A stretch of 52,956 nucleotides of DNA, the filler included, from Bipalium vagum (Eukaryota): NCBI GenBank assembly GCA_037834085.1. It is 3 parts of 3 records of this genome, joined end to end, with 100 filler letters (N's around TTAATTAATTAA, not from the genome) between each part and the next. Parts side by side here need not be neighbours in the genome. Positions count along the whole stretch, not along the records: positions 35,496 to 52,956 come from JBBMKC010064464.1; 2 more parts are not named here. One strand, written 5' to 3'. The position numbers and the translations under genes are program-made. The notes below the pieces were generated by a model. That model searched no databases. It saw only the letters and a list, made by a program, of their open reading frames with translations, and was not told the origin of the DNA. Below, in pieces: positions 50,201-52,956 of this stretch (position 1 is its first letter; every line of letters starts with the position of its first letter).

Positions 50201-51499
50201 AATAAGGTAACAATTTTATTACAATTACTTTTAAATTAGTCGAATTATTAAAATTTTAAAAAGTTTTTAAAGGGCTTTTTCAAATTTACGTAAATTAATA
50301 AAGTTAATAAATCAATCAAAATTTTATTAACTGCGTTAGTGTCAAAAAAGATCATTAAAATTATTTTGAAAAATTAACATTATTATCGAATGTGCTTCAT
50401 TTTCAATAAGTTCAACTGATATCGACAACAGTGATGGCATGACAGTCACAGGCATTAGAATTATGAGAAAGCGTTCGAGACGTTCATTAAATATTTCATT
50501 AAACAGTTCGAGCTCATTGGTATGAGGAAGAAAAAGAAAGTTTTAACAAGGCATTTCACGAAAAGACAATTCTAAAACCAGACATAGAGAATCTTTAATT
50601 TATAAAAAGAGCAAAAAATGTGCATATTTTTACAAGCACAAATGTTGACTGTGAAGATTGACTGCAGAAAAATATGAAAAGACTTAAGAATTGTTATTTT
50701 AGAATGAAAATAGAGATTATGATATGGAATCTAATTATTCCTCGAAAATATTTGAGGTAAATGATGAACTGAAGTATGACTTAATTAAGTGACAGAAAAA
50801 ATTAAAGAAGGTATAGGATAAATCCTGAAAAATGAATTCCACAGAATTCGAATGTTAATGCTCCAAAGAAAATTCAAGGTTTTATGAGCCAAAAGAAAAA
50901 AAGAAATTTTCTTTTAACTCCATAATAATAAAATCAGATTTATGTCTTCTTAACTGAGTGGTTTTAAAATCTTTCAGAAAAAGGTCTGTTAGTAAGAAAT
51001 TAAGATGAAAAAAACCATGTTTCCCTTAGAATTAGATATTTTTACTTTTTGGCAAAAGTGGATGGATTGGACATAATAATTATTATCGAAAGATAATATT
51101 CATGACAATTGAAGTTCAAAACAATAGATAAAAGAAAAGCTATTGGTCATAATTACATCCTTATTTCTTCCTATAATTATTTTCGAACTATTAGGATTTC
51201 GGTCATTATTTTATTTATTTCTATTTATCCAATTCTAATTGGTCAATATTAATTTTTGCAAAAAATCCTTGAACCGGAATTATTAAATATTATTTAATTT
51301 TTATAATTATCTACGGAAGATGACCAAGTCACAATTACTTTTCATTTATAAGTAATCATCAAAGATATAAAGTCGGTAATACTTTTTTCGGAAAAACAGT
51401 TATATTAAAGAAAATTAAAATATTTACACATTCCAATGTCTATTTCGTTACAATCATGATTGGTACTGTATTTATGTTCAGTGATTCTGAAAGTCTATC

Positions 51500-51660
51500 A
51501 ATTTACGCAATATCGTACTAAGAATAGGCTTGACGGAATTAGAAATCGGCGAAATAGGAAGTCATTTTCAATACAGCCATTATGGAATTTTCTGTCTAGA
51601 CAGTTTCTTACTATATACGACGGGTGCGTCATTGTCTCATCATCATGCATCCAATTGTTA
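51500..51660 (-). mobile_element. rosa-like Tc1/mariner relic
   Basis: MHDD..THPSYIVRNCLDRKFHNGCI resembles MHDGAPxHF..VRxxLDxxFPxRWIG. Confidence 0.45.
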
Positions 51661-52860
51661 CTTTAGGTCATATTAAGTTTTACAGGTTTTTAAGATATGA
51701 CAGTCCACTAAACATATATTTGAAGAAATACAACTCAATGATACCATCTGAATTTAAACAGAGGTTTAGAATAGATCAAAAATCATTACATTCAGTAGAA
51801 AGTTAACTTTATCTGAGTATATAATTTTGCTAACGAAGGAAGAACAATTTTCTACTTGTACTAGAAATGTTCAAAATTCCATATCGTCTGCTCTGAATTT
51901 AATAACTCTAATCGGTTTAAATAAGTGGAAACTTGAGCTTCTAATGTCATTTTAATAACTGATTACAGTCATATTTACTTCGACAGTACTGTTGAATTGA
52001 AAACTCTCTTGAACTCTGATTACTTTTATTTTTGAAATCTGAAATATACTGATTGGATTTCATTTCTTGACCACTAGTTTTCTTAAAAGATTGTGGTGTG
52101 ATGAGTGGAGTCAGATAATGCTTACAGATCAGATTATTATACGTCAATTAGTAATATATGCTACTAAACATTCCTCTTCGGTGTTTGGTAATATCAATTT
52201 TTAAAGTCCTGTAGATCTGTAACTAGAGTAACACATTATAACTGTTAATGAGGCATATTACAGTAAAATATTAAAAAAAAAAGTTCGTCACTGGATTTGA
52301 ATTTGTACTTCAAAAACAGAGGTGTGTGCCATTAGGCAAAGTCAGTGAAAGCTGATTTCATGAGGAAAACATCAATGTGCTGATCCGTTGGCCATGTTTT
52401 TCATGATTTAAAATAAATCGAAAATTAATGAAAACAAAGGTTTCCAGCATGAAAAAAATTTCACTTGAGGATCTGAGTATAAAAACTATTGAGGCTTTTG
52501 GTAAGTTCTTAAAAATTAATTAGATAACGAGGTTAAGAATAACGATTTAGGGGTATAGCAACTTAACAAAATCAATGTAATGAGAAGGGTTTATGGAGTG
52601 GTGTTCAGAATTATGTATGAAAATATGGTTGACAACTAAACGTTTACACAATATAAAATCAAATCAACCAATAGCAAAAATGTCAAAAAAATGAGAACAA
52701 ATTAAGATTTCTTTAATACTTTATTTTTAAATTGGAACTTGAACCCTTGTCTACACAAGTTTTACTGAGTGTCATAATAGAAAACCATTTTCTATATCTT
52801 TGTTAACGACTTTGCTGAGCCAACCATAACAACGATCCTTTGAAAATAGTGTCATACATA

Positions 52861-52956
52861 TTGGGTTGAGTAAAAAGTTTTTTCGTATTTTTGCATTGAA
52901 TCTAATAATCAAAATATTTCAAGTCTAATTAATTTAAAATTTGATAATTATATATT
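52861..52956 (+). mobile_element. mariner TIR, element runs off the window end
   Basis: TA|TTGGGTTGAGTAAAAAGTTTTTTCG. Confidence 0.55.

Noticed and set aside
36887-52147. Most 60-95 aa ORFs listed in this region (I/F/K/N/Y-rich)
   Set aside because: Composition is what AT-rich noncoding DNA or antisense TE relics produce; no motifs.
1-52956. Prokaryotic operons, CRISPR arrays or defence systems
   Set aside because: Spliced animal genes, eukaryotic transposons, no long ORFs and no repeat-spacer arrays; the only tandem repeats are microsatellites.

Overview
Very AT-rich eukaryotic (animal, invertebrate-type) genomic scaffold, not prokaryotic. It is cut by three 100-bp assembly gaps, two of which carry an artificial TTAATTAATTAA six-frame-stop linker. 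Two spliced host genes can be reconstructed by hand. (1) A divergent calsyntenin-like gene on the minus strand: 6 internal exons, 18837->8844, ~434 codons covering the LamG region. (2) The 5' part of a type-I (myoferlin/dysferlin-like) ferlin on the plus strand: 19 GT-AG exons, 21378-35264, 828 codons, C2A-C2B-FerI-C2C-FerA-FerB, broken at a linker gap. Most introns are 40-55 nt and the long ones are largely filled by transposon relics. The rest of the window is a graveyard of decayed DNA transposons (many mariner DD34D, Tc1, maT/DD37D-like, DD37E, plant-type DD39D, rosa-like, pogo, piggyBac), Ty3/Gypsy fragments, (AAT)n microsatellites, one tRNA-Ala-like pseudogene and a possible orphan Cys-rich exon set. 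I found no convincing novel multi-gene system. The best leads are a piggyBac end carrying a possible OB-fold/Zn-ribbon cargo ORF nested in a mariner, a plant-type DD39D element in an animal intron, and the atypical mini-intron splice signals. All family assignments are by motif recognition from memory, not database searches.
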